DNA from: Candidatus Liptonbacteria bacterium
GTDB taxonomy: Bacteria > Patescibacteriota > Minisyncoccia > UBA6257 > 2-01-FULL-56-20
DNA length: 64,000 nt
Direction: 5' to 3'
Assembly (NCBI GenBank): GCA_016867315.1
Contig: VGJV01000003.1
Span: 27,429-91,428, forward strand
Below the pieces are notes generated by a model that saw nothing but the letters and a program-made list of their open reading frames with translations, was not told where the DNA came from and did no database searches. A program made the position numbers and the translations under genes. Below, one piece after another: positions 47,623 to 56,148 of the stretch; within the stretch, counting starts at the first letter, position 1; each line of letters starts with the position of its first letter.

Positions 47623-47657
47623 CGAAGTCCCGCCATAGCTTTAGCGAAGGAGGATGA
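47623..47657 (+). promoter_or_regulatory. conserved 35-nt intergenic element, copy A (cgaagtcccgccAtagctttagcgaaggaggatga)
   Basis: 34 of 35 positions identical to 53318-53352. It lies downstream of paralog member 3. Confidence 0.5.
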
Positions 47658-47681
47658 AAGCTGCTACCAGCAGGAAGTGGT

Positions 47682-49361
47682 ATGGGACAGAAAATAGAAA
47701 TGAATGCTGAGATAAGAAATTGCAGAAGCTGCAAGCAAGACTTCACGATTGAACCGGACGATTTCACGTTTTATTCAAAAGTTGGAGTGCCCGCGCCGCA
47801 CGATTGTCCGGTGTGTCGTCAGCGTCGGAGGATGATTTTTCGAAATTTCAAGACGCTCTACAAGCGAAACTCCGATCGTTCTTCAAAGCCGATGATCTCG
47901 ATGTATGCTCCGCACGCATCATACAAGGTTTTCACCCACGATGAATGGTGGGCGGACAATTGGGATGCTCGGCAATATGGCCGAGACTTTGATTTTTCGA
48001 GACCATTTTTTGATCAATTTAAAGAACTTCTCCTTGCGGTGCCAAAGATGAATTTGGTAAGTGTTCAAAGTGAAAATTGTGAATACTCTAATTTTGCGTG
48101 GAAGAGCAAAAGCTGCTATCTCGTCTTCGGCTGCGTAGATAACGACACGTGCGCATACGGTCACATTGTTTGGGAATCGAAAGATTCTGTAGATAATCTC
48201 TATCTTTATAAATCTGAGCTTTGTTTTGAATGTGTGGATTGTTTATGGAGCTACGGCTTACTCTGGTCTCAAGAATGCGAGAGTTGCAGCGAGAGTATTG
48301 GGCTTTTCGACTGCCGGAGCTGTACCAACTGCATAGGTTGCGTAGGTCTAAAACAAAAGTCCTACCACATATTCAATCAGCCGGTAAGTAAAGAAGAATA
48401 TGTAAAGTTTTTAGCCGAGCATCCGCTTACCGATCCAAAAACACTTCCATATATTCTGGAAAAACAGCGTGAATTGAGGCGTCAAATACCTCAACGTCAT
48501 TTTTTTGGCTCACATAATAATGCGGTATCAGGAAATCACATATACCATGCAAAAAATGTGCGCTATTCCTTCGACGTAAAGGGAGGAGAAAACTCTAAAT
48601 TTGCATATACGACCCGCAAAGTAGTAGATGGCTATGATGTCGCGTTCTCACCAGACATAGAACTCGCATATCAAGCGCTCACCTCGCGCGGGAACGGGAT
48701 CTACTTCGCGCATATGAATTACGAATGCAGTGATATCTATTATTCGGATAGCTGCCAAAATGTGCATAACGCGTTTGGCTGCGCGGGGCTCAAGGGCGGA
48801 GAATATTTGATTTTGAATAAACAGTATTCAAAAGAAGAATACGAAACACTAGAAGAGAAGATCGTCGAGCATATGAAGAAAACAGGGGAGTGGGGAGAGT
48901 TCTTCCCGGCGACTCTTTCACCGTTCGCATATAACGAGTCCATCGCGCAGGAATATTTTCCACTAAGAAAGGAAGAAGTCCTCGCGTCGGGCTTTCGGTG
49001 GGAAGAAAATATTCCCCGCACTTCCGGACAGGAAACCATCTCTCATGATGCGCTTCCGAAAAATCCTGCCGAATTCGACGCAGATTCACTTTTAAAACAG
49101 GTTTTGAAGTGTGACAGTTGTGGTTACAATTTCCGTTTCACCGCCCAAGAAATTCCATTTTATAAACGATTAAATCTCCCCTTGCCCCGCAATTGTTTTA
49201 ACTGCCGTCACGAACGTCGCATGAAACAGCGAAATATACGTAAGCTATGGGATGGAAGCTGCGCGAAGTGCAATACAAAGTTTCAAACCTCCTACTCTCC
49301 GGAGCAGCAAAAGGAATTTAAAGTTTACTGCGACTCCTGCTATCTTCAAGAAATGGGTTAG
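47682..49361 (+). CDS. Cys-rich paralog family member 4 (559 aa)
   Basis: NCRSCKQDFTIEPDDFTFYSKVGVPAPHDCPVCRQRRR. The second N-terminal ribbon is degenerate (Cys lost). CIGCVGLKQKSYHIFNQPVSKEEY, LILNKQYSKEEYE, SPFAYNESIAQEYFPL and C-terminal CDSCGYNF…CFNCRH…KVYCDSCYLQE. Confidence 0.8.
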   Translation: MGQKIEMNAEIRNCRSCKQDFTIEPDDFTFYSKVGVPAPHDCPVCRQRRRMIFRNFKTLYKRNSDRSSKPMISMYAPHASYKVFTHDEWWADNWDARQYGRDFDFSRPFFDQFKELLLAVPKMNLVSVQSENCEYSNFAWKSKSCYLVFGCVDNDTCAYGHIVWESKDSVDNLYLYKSELCFECVDCLWSYGLLWSQECESCSESIGLFDCRSCTNCIGCVGLKQKSYHIFNQPVSKEEYVKFLAEHPLTDPKTLPYILEKQRELRRQIPQRHFFGSHNNAVSGNHIYHAKNVRYSFDVKGGENSKFAYTTRKVVDGYDVAFSPDIELAYQALTSRGNGIYFAHMNYECSDIYYSDSCQNVHNAFGCAGLKGGEYLILNKQYSKEEYETLEEKIVEHMKKTGEWGEFFPATLSPFAYNESIAQEYFPLRKEEVLASGFRWEENIPRTSGQETISHDALPKNPAEFDADSLLKQVLKCDSCGYNFRFTAQEIPFYKRLNLPLPRNCFNCRHERRMKQRNIRKLWDGSCAKCNTKFQTSYSPEQQKEFKVYCDSCYLQEMG

Positions 49362-49405
49362 AAGCAGTAACTCATCTACTAAGTATGCGATCGCTTAAGT
49401 AGTAG

Positions 49406-51160
49406 ATGAATCTCATAATGAACAATCAAATAAAAAGCTGTCAAAACTGCAAAAAAGACTTTGTGATTGCCCCGGAGGACTTTCAATTTTACGAACGTAT
49501 AAAAGTTCCGGCGCCGACGTTCTGTCCCGATTGTCGTCTCCAAAGACGCATGGCTTTCAGGAACGAACGAAGTTTATATAAAAACATTTGCGCACTTTGC
49601 AAAAAACAGTTTGTTTCGATGTATTCGCCAGACAAACCCTTTATAGTCTACTGCAAAGAATGTTGGTATTCGGATAACTGGGATCCGCTGCAATATGGTC
49701 AGGATTATGATTGGGATAAACCTTTCTTCGAACAGTTTCGGGAATTGATGCTTAAAGTTCCCAGAATCGGGATCATGCACATTCGCAACAATATCAATGC
49801 CGATTATGCGAACTATATCTCCGCAAGCAAGAATATTTATCTTTCTCAGTCCGTTATAGAAGGCTCAGAAAATATTTACTACTCTCGAAGTATAGATCGA
49901 AGCAAAGAAATCTTTGATTGTTTTAATGTCAAAGATTCCGAACGATGCTATGAAAATGTGGATGGTGGGAGAAATTATCGCTCGAAATTTCTGGTACGAT
50001 CGCGGGATTGCATTGATTCCGCATTTCTTTTCGACTGCGTGAACTGTCAGAACTGCATAATGAGCGCGAATCTGCGCAATCGGCAATATGTAATCCGCGG
50101 GAAACAATATTCAAAAGAGGAATATGCCACAGCCTTGGAGAAAATCGAATTCGGTAAACAAAGCGAAATTGAAAAATTAAAACAGGAATTCGAAAATGTG
50201 ATGGAAAAAGCCCTGCATAAATTCGCTAATATCACCAAATCAGTAACCTCAACGGGAGATAATATCGATAATTCTAAAAATGCGGCTTACCTCTTTGACG
50301 CATATAACTGCGAGAATGTGCGGTACGCGGCTAGGGCAATAGGATGTAAAGACTCCTACGATATCATGGGAGGGGCAAATCTCGAACTTGTATATGAACA
50401 GATGGCTGGTGGTTACGGAAGCAGAAACTCCTTAGCGTTAAGTCATGGGGAAGTGACGCTTGAGAGTAACTACACAGACTGGTGTCAAAGTTCCTCAAAT
50501 CTTTTCGGTTGCATATCACTTCGAAAGAAACAGTATTGTATTTTGAATAAGCAATATTCAGAGAAGGAATATAAGGAGTTCTATCCAAAGATTATCGAGC
50601 ATATGAATACAATGCCTTTCGAAGATAGAATGGGAAGAATGTACCGTTACGGAGAATTTTTCCCAATTGAGATTAGCCCATTCGCTTATAACGAGACGAT
50701 CGCAGAAGAATATTTCCTCCTCGCGAAGGAAGAAATTATGAAAAAAGGTTATACGTGGAGAGAACTCGATCCACTTCCGTACGTGCCCACTGTAAAGGGA
50801 AAAGATTTACCCGACGATATTGCGAATGTGGAAAATTCAGCAACCAAAGAATTGATAGAATGCGAAAATTGCAAACGAGTGTATCGAATAGTACAGCCGG
50901 AACTTGAATTTCTTCGGCGCGAACAAATTCCCTTACCGAGAACTTGCCAAGAATGCCGACACGCAAAAAGATTGACTCTCCGCAATCCCCTTAAATTATG
51001 GTCTCGAAAATGTATGTGTGACTATAAGGTATGGAAGAACACTGCGAAGCATGTCCATCATCCGGAAGATCGATGTTCAAACGAATTCGAAACGAGTTAT
51101 TCTCCAGAAAGGCCGGAGGTAATATATTGTGAGCAATGCTATCAAGCAGAAATTAGCTAG
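49406..51160 (+). CDS. Cys-rich paralog family member 5 (584 aa)
   Basis: SCQNCKKDFVIAPEDFQFYERIKVPAPTFCPDCRLQRR, CALCKKQF…CKECW, CQNCIMSANLRNRQYVIRGKQYSKEEY, CILNKQYSEKEYKE, SPFAYNETIAEEYF and C-terminal CENCKRVYRI…CQECRH…VIYCEQCYQAE. Confidence 0.8.
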   Translation: MNLIMNNQIKSCQNCKKDFVIAPEDFQFYERIKVPAPTFCPDCRLQRRMAFRNERSLYKNICALCKKQFVSMYSPDKPFIVYCKECWYSDNWDPLQYGQDYDWDKPFFEQFRELMLKVPRIGIMHIRNNINADYANYISASKNIYLSQSVIEGSENIYYSRSIDRSKEIFDCFNVKDSERCYENVDGGRNYRSKFLVRSRDCIDSAFLFDCVNCQNCIMSANLRNRQYVIRGKQYSKEEYATALEKIEFGKQSEIEKLKQEFENVMEKALHKFANITKSVTSTGDNIDNSKNAAYLFDAYNCENVRYAARAIGCKDSYDIMGGANLELVYEQMAGGYGSRNSLALSHGEVTLESNYTDWCQSSSNLFGCISLRKKQYCILNKQYSEKEYKEFYPKIIEHMNTMPFEDRMGRMYRYGEFFPIEISPFAYNETIAEEYFLLAKEEIMKKGYTWRELDPLPYVPTVKGKDLPDDIANVENSATKELIECENCKRVYRIVQPELEFLRREQIPLPRTCQECRHAKRLTLRNPLKLWSRKCMCDYKVWKNTAKHVHHPEDRCSNEFETSYSPERPEVIYCEQCYQAEIS

Positions 51161-51221
51161 CGATTTATGAAATAAGATTTATGATTTAAGAATCATACAT
51201 AAATCCTGAATCGTAAAATCA

Positions 51222-51518
51222 ATGCATTTCCGAATCGACAACGTAGGCGATAATATGAACACCGTCATGCGCCGGATAGGGTACACGCCCATCCGGTGGA
51301 CGGAAAAAGGGGAGTTGAACTGCGTCCGGCCGCTTCAAGGGCAGGACTACCCTCGTTTTCATGCGTATGTAAAAGAAGAACGCTTCACGCTAATTTTCAG
51401 CCTTCACCTGGATCAAAAGCGTCCTTCCTACGGCAATGAAACCGCACACAGTGGCGAGTATGAAGGAGAAATAATTCAAGAAGAAGCACGGAGGATTCAA
51501 AAGATCTTGAGCTTCTAG
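51222..51518 (+). CDS. hypothetical protein (98 aa) embedded in the paralog array
   Basis: ORF only. It sits between members 5 and 6 and ends 3 nt before member 6 starts. Confidence 0.35.
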   Translation: MHFRIDNVGDNMNTVMRRIGYTPIRWTEKGELNCVRPLQGQDYPRFHAYVKEERFTLIFSLHLDQKRPSYGNETAHSGEYEGEIIQEEARRIQKILSF

Positions 51519-51521
51519 AAA

Positions 51522-53309
51522 ATGGAGAACAGAATTTCAGAAAATCGGGATTGCCAAAATTGCAAACAGCAATTCACGATCGCTCCGGAAGATTTCGCAT
51601 TCTACGAAAAAATCCAGGTTCCACCGCCCACGTGGTGTCCGCGCTGCCGCAACATCCGACGGATGGCTTGGAGAGAAGAGGGCCATGCACTCTATCGGGA
51701 CACGTGCAAGCTTTGCGGCAAAAATATTATCACCATTCATGCGCCGGGACCGTTTACGATATATTGCCGAGAATGTTACAGGTCGGATAAATGGGACCCG
51801 TTGAGTTATGGGAAAGAATACGATTTTAGCATGCCCTTTTTCGCTCAATACCGGAAACTCATGGAAGAAGTGCCTCGACCGGCCCTCACCGGAATAAATA
51901 TCGTAAACAGCGAATTTACGCACGGCTGCAAGGGCGTAAAAAACTGTTATTTCTGTTTCATGAGCTATTTTTCCGAAGACTCGCAGCATAGTTATTTACT
52001 TCTTCTCTCTCGCCACGCGTATGATTCATACGTAACTGATAACTCAGACCAAGTGTACGAAACTCTCCATTCGAACCGGCTTTATAAGGTCGCGTTTGGA
52101 TACTTTGCAGATGACTGCTTAGAGTCCACATTTTTATATGATTGCATAGGCTGTTCGGATTGCTTCGGTTGTGTAAATCTCCGCAAACAAAAATATTGCC
52201 TTTGGAATAAACAACTTTCAAAGGAGGAGTATCGAAAACAAAAAGAATATTGGGATCTTGGGAGTTTTACTCGGTTAGAGGAAGCAAAGAAGAAGTTTCG
52301 GGAATTATATCTCTCGCTTCCGCATAAATATGCGCATGTAGTAAGCAGCCAAAATGCCACCGGAGATATTATCAGAGATACAAAAGACTGTGAGAAATGT
52401 TTTTCCGCCCTTGATGGCGTGCAAAATTGCAAATATGTCTATGTGGGGGGATTGAATTTAAAAGATAGCTACGATGTGAGCGGAGGAGGGGATACTGCCT
52501 CTCTTCTCTACGAGATTCTTGGTACAACGGAAGCACAGCGCTGCTTTTTTGCGAACGGCAGTTCCGGTTCGCAGGATATTATGTATTGCGATTGGGTAAA
52601 TGATTCCTCTCACGTTCTTGGAAGTATTGCCTTGAAACATAAAAAGTATTGCATCTTGAATAAGCAATATGAGAAGGAGGAGTATGCCCAAATGAAGGCC
52701 AAAATAATCGAGCATATGCACTCGATGCCATATGTGGACAAAAAAGGACGAGTCTATAAATTTGGAGAATATTTTCCCACCGAGCTTTCCGCATATGGAT
52801 ATAATGAAACATTCGGATTCTTCTGGTACCCCAAAACCAAAGAAGAAGTTCTAGAAGAAGGATGGAACTGGCATGATCCTCAGAAAAAGTCTTATGAGGT
52901 GACATTGAGACTCGAGGACATCCCTGACCATATTAGAGACATTCCCGATTCCATACTCAAAGAAACCATTGAGTGCGCACATGGAGGAGCGTGCAACGAA
53001 CAATGTACCACCGCGTTTCGGATCACTCCCGAGGAACTCGCCTTTTATAGAGACATGCGGATTGCCCTGCCTAGACTTTGCCCCAATTGCAGAAACTTCC
53101 AAAGAATTCACTGGCGAAATGGCTATGATTTATTTAAACGGAAATGCATGTGCGTCGGCATGCAGAATAAGGATGAGAATAAGTATAAAAATACTGCATC
53201 TCACTTTCATGGAGATGGCTTTTGCCCCAACGAATTCGAAACCACCTTCTCTCCTAAGCAACCGGAAATAATATATTGCGAAGCATGCTACCGCCAAGAA
53301 TTTATATAG
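51522..53309 (+). CDS. Cys-rich paralog family member 6 (595 aa)
   Basis: DCQNCKQQFTIAPEDFAFYEKIQVPPPTWCPRCRNIRR, CKLCGKNI…CRECY, CFGCVNLRKQKYCLWNKQLSKEEY, CILNKQYEKEEYAQ, and C-terminal ECAHGGACNEQCTTAFRITPEELAFYRDMRIALPRLCPNCRNFQR…IIYCEACYRQE. It is most similar to member 7. Confidence 0.8.
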   Translation: MENRISENRDCQNCKQQFTIAPEDFAFYEKIQVPPPTWCPRCRNIRRMAWREEGHALYRDTCKLCGKNIITIHAPGPFTIYCRECYRSDKWDPLSYGKEYDFSMPFFAQYRKLMEEVPRPALTGINIVNSEFTHGCKGVKNCYFCFMSYFSEDSQHSYLLLLSRHAYDSYVTDNSDQVYETLHSNRLYKVAFGYFADDCLESTFLYDCIGCSDCFGCVNLRKQKYCLWNKQLSKEEYRKQKEYWDLGSFTRLEEAKKKFRELYLSLPHKYAHVVSSQNATGDIIRDTKDCEKCFSALDGVQNCKYVYVGGLNLKDSYDVSGGGDTASLLYEILGTTEAQRCFFANGSSGSQDIMYCDWVNDSSHVLGSIALKHKKYCILNKQYEKEEYAQMKAKIIEHMHSMPYVDKKGRVYKFGEYFPTELSAYGYNETFGFFWYPKTKEEVLEEGWNWHDPQKKSYEVTLRLEDIPDHIRDIPDSILKETIECAHGGACNEQCTTAFRITPEELAFYRDMRIALPRLCPNCRNFQRIHWRNGYDLFKRKCMCVGMQNKDENKYKNTASHFHGDGFCPNEFETTFSPKQPEIIYCEACYRQEFI

Positions 53310-53317
53310 CAAGCATG

Positions 53318-53352
53318 CGAAGTCCCGCCGTAGCTTTAGCGAAGGAGGATGA
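53318..53352 (+). promoter_or_regulatory. conserved 35-nt intergenic element, copy B (cgaagtcccgccGtagctttagcgaaggaggatga)
   Basis: It lies downstream of paralog member 6 and upstream of ATPase copy 2. Confidence 0.5.
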
Positions 53353-53494
53353 TGCCTGTTATAAAGCCGAATTTCTATAGATGAATAATTTTTTCTGGCG
53401 TCTTAGGAAATATAAATATCTTCTGCGAATCCTCTGGCAACAGGTAATGTTCAGACTAAAGATAGTTATTCGGAAACTATTTAAATAGGCGTCT

Positions 53495-55477
53495 GTGGCG
53501 ATACATAACATCAAACATCCCTACAAAAAGGTGGCTCCAACTGCCCCGTTGTGGCATAATTTGGAAAGCGCAGACGCGCAACCCAAAAAAATGGGCTTCG
53601 AACCAGAGAAAGACGTCATCTATTTCGGCCGTACCGATTTCCGGAACACCAACCGGCTTTTTGGCATCAAAAGGAATGATCGCCGTCAACATGTCTACGT
53701 TGTCGGTAAAACCGGTACCGGTAAAAGTGTTCTTTTGAATAATATGATTGTGCAGGATATGGCGAACGGCGAAGGACTTGCCGTCGTCGATCCGCACGGA
53801 GAATTGGTGGAAGGGATCTTGGAAAAAGTCCCCGAGGATCGCATTGATGATGTAATTTATTTCAACCCGGCGGATATCGACTCTCATATTGGTTTTAATG
53901 TACTCGAACTTCCCGATCCGAAATACAAACACCTGGTGGCTTCGGGACTCATGGGCATTTTCACTAAGATTTGGGAGAATGTCTGGTCTGCAAGAATGGA
54001 ATATATCATGAATAACGCCATATTGGCGTTGTTGGATACTCCCGGTTCCACACTTTTAGGAATCACGAGAATTCTCGTAGACAAAGATTACCGACAGCAG
54101 ATCATTGCAAACATCAAAGACCCGGTGGTAAAGGCGTTCTGGGTTCATGAATATGAAACATGGCGTGACCAGTTCCGAAACGAAGCTATTGCTCCGATTC
54201 AAAACAAAGTAGGGCAGTTCCTTTCGACCGCACTCGTACGAAATATTGTGGGGCAGCAGCGGAGCACGATCGATATTTTCAATCTCATGAACGAAGGGAA
54301 AATATTTCTCATAAACGTCTCTAAGGGAAGAATCGGGGAAGATAACTCTGCGCTTTTGGGAGCCATGCTCATCACAAAGATGCAGCTTTCTGCAATGGAA
54401 CGTATCCGCGTACCCGAAGAAGAACGCGTGGATTTCTTCCTTTATGTCGACGAGTTTCAGAATTTTGCGACTGATTCATTTGCTGGGATATTGTCCGAAG
54501 CCAGAAAATATCGCTTGGATCTTATCCTCGCACATCAATACATAGGACAATTAGTAACTGATGTCTCGACTAAAGTGCGGGATGCGATCTTCGGAAACGT
54601 AGGAACGATGATCATCTTCCGTGTGGGCGCGACCGATGCGGAATTTTTGGAAAAAGAATTTGAGCCGGAATTCACTCCTCAAGATATAGTAAACCTCCCG
54701 AACTACGCGATTTACTTGAAGCTTATGGTGGATGGAGTAACCTCAAGACCTTTTTCAGCCTCGACACTTCCTCCTTTTAAGGTGGCGACCTCCGAAATGA
54801 CGAAGGAAATGATTATTAAAAACTCGCAAAAGCGATATGCGAGGCCCAGGGGAGTGGTAGAGGAAGAAATAAACCGATGGAGTGGCGTAATGACTACCGC
54901 AGAAGGTGCCCCCACGCTTCCCACGCAAAGTAAGGAGGGCGCATATCTCGCGACGTGCTCTTCCTGCGGTAAAACCACTACGGTTCCATTTGCTCCGGAT
55001 CCATCACGCCCAATTTACTGTAAAGACTGTCTGAATCGCGTGAAGGCCGGAGAGGTATTGCCAGTAAAACTCATGCCAAGATCGAAAAAAGTTCGGGATT
55101 CTTCGAAAGATGCGCTCGCAGCGGTAGGTATCGAATTTGCAGTAGAACCCAAGAGCGAAGAAGAGGTAGAAGAAGAAACCACTCCTGAGGCAGAAACCGA
55201 AGAGGCTGCCGCAACCACTCCTGCTGAAATTACAAAAGCCGAACAAGAAACAGAAAAATCGGAAGAAGCAGCGGAATCTACCCCCGAAGAAACCGCTCCG
55301 AAAGCCGAAGAGGCCAAACCGCAAACGAAAGGAATTTCGCTTTCTGAACTCAAACCCCCGAAGAAGACTCCAAAAATGAAAGAGCGCACTGCTCCGGAAA
55401 TAGATGTGGAGGAATTACGCAAATCCATCGCGGCTTCCCTTGATCAAATTTTAAGCAAAGACGAAGAGAAAAAATGA
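53495..55477 (+). CDS. soluble TrwB/TraD/VirD4-type P-loop ATPase, copy 2, with a C-terminal zinc ribbon and an acidic low-complexity tail
   Basis: Paralog of 38239..39705 (LFGIKRNDRRQHVYVVGKTGTGKSVLL…VVDPHGELVEG; Walker B FFLYVDEFQNF; LILAHQYIGQL). The extra C-terminus carries CSSCGKTTTVPFAPDPSRPIYCKDC, then an E/T/A/P-rich tail. Confidence 0.7.
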   Translation: MAIHNIKHPYKKVAPTAPLWHNLESADAQPKKMGFEPEKDVIYFGRTDFRNTNRLFGIKRNDRRQHVYVVGKTGTGKSVLLNNMIVQDMANGEGLAVVDPHGELVEGILEKVPEDRIDDVIYFNPADIDSHIGFNVLELPDPKYKHLVASGLMGIFTKIWENVWSARMEYIMNNAILALLDTPGSTLLGITRILVDKDYRQQIIANIKDPVVKAFWVHEYETWRDQFRNEAIAPIQNKVGQFLSTALVRNIVGQQRSTIDIFNLMNEGKIFLINVSKGRIGEDNSALLGAMLITKMQLSAMERIRVPEEERVDFFLYVDEFQNFATDSFAGILSEARKYRLDLILAHQYIGQLVTDVSTKVRDAIFGNVGTMIIFRVGATDAEFLEKEFEPEFTPQDIVNLPNYAIYLKLMVDGVTSRPFSASTLPPFKVATSEMTKEMIIKNSQKRYARPRGVVEEEINRWSGVMTTAEGAPTLPTQSKEGAYLATCSSCGKTTTVPFAPDPSRPIYCKDCLNRVKAGEVLPVKLMPRSKKVRDSSKDALAAVGIEFAVEPKSEEEVEEETTPEAETEEAAATTPAEITKAEQETEKSEEAAESTPEETAPKAEEAKPQTKGISLSELKPPKKTPKMKERTAPEIDVEELRKSIAASLDQILSKDEEKK

Positions 55478-56148
55478 GATTTGATATTCTCTCGATTTTC
55501 CCCGACATATTTTCCTCGTATGTAAGCGAGTCGCTCTTTGCGCGGGCAATAAAGAAGAGTCTTCTCCAAATCAAAATTCATGACCTCCGCAAATGGAGTA
55601 GAGAGCGACATCGCAAGGTAGATGATCGTCCTTTCGGAGGCGGACCGGGAATGGTATTCCAGGTGGAACCAATACATCGAGCCGTCGAAGCGATTCAGCG
55701 CCAAACAAAAAAATTAAAGCGTCGGCGGATAATTCTTTTTTCCACTCGAGGTAAAAAGCTGGATGCAAACACTGCGAAGCGTCTTTCGAAATATGATCAG
55801 CTTACGCTCATCTGCGGCCGCTATGAGGGAGTGGACGAAAGAGTGGCCGACCACATTGCCGATGAAGAAATCTCAATAGGGGATTATGTACTCTCCGGAG
55901 GAGAGCTTCCTGCGCTGGTACTCATGGAGGCGATAAGCCGTTTCAAAAAAGGATTTCTTGGCACCCGCGAGTCTCTCGAAGAAATAAAAGGTTTCTATCC
56001 CGTATACACCCGTCCCGCCTCATTTACTCCTAAATCCGGCAAGCGCTCCTGGAAAGTACCCGAGGTGCTCCTCCGTGGTAACCATGCCGCAATCGATGTC
56101 TGGCGCCGAAAATACGGCGAAGATGCAAGTAGGAGAATACACGCTTAA
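55474..56148 (+). CDS. trmD: tRNA (guanine37-N1)-methyltransferase TrmD
   Basis: MRFDILSIFPDIF…, GGGPGMV and the SPOUT knot region. Confidence 0.85.
   Translation: MRFDILSIFPDIFSSYVSESLFARAIKKSLLQIKIHDLRKWSRERHRKVDDRPFGGGPGMVFQVEPIHRAVEAIQRQTKKLKRRRIILFSTRGKKLDANTAKRLSKYDQLTLICGRYEGVDERVADHIADEEISIGDYVLSGGELPALVLMEAISRFKKGFLGTRESLEEIKGFYPVYTRPASFTPKSGKRSWKVPEVLLRGNHAAIDVWRRKYGEDASRRIHA

Noticed and set aside
40566-53309. Possibility that the repeated DNA in this region is a CRISPR array or other short tandem repeat
   Set aside because: The repeat units are about 1.7 kb protein-coding genes with divergent sequence. There are no short, regularly spaced direct repeats with unique spacers.
55140-55440. 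Minus-strand ORFs 55004..55324 and 55015..55428
   Set aside because: They lie antisense within the acidic low-complexity tail of ATPase copy 2 and are compositional artefacts.
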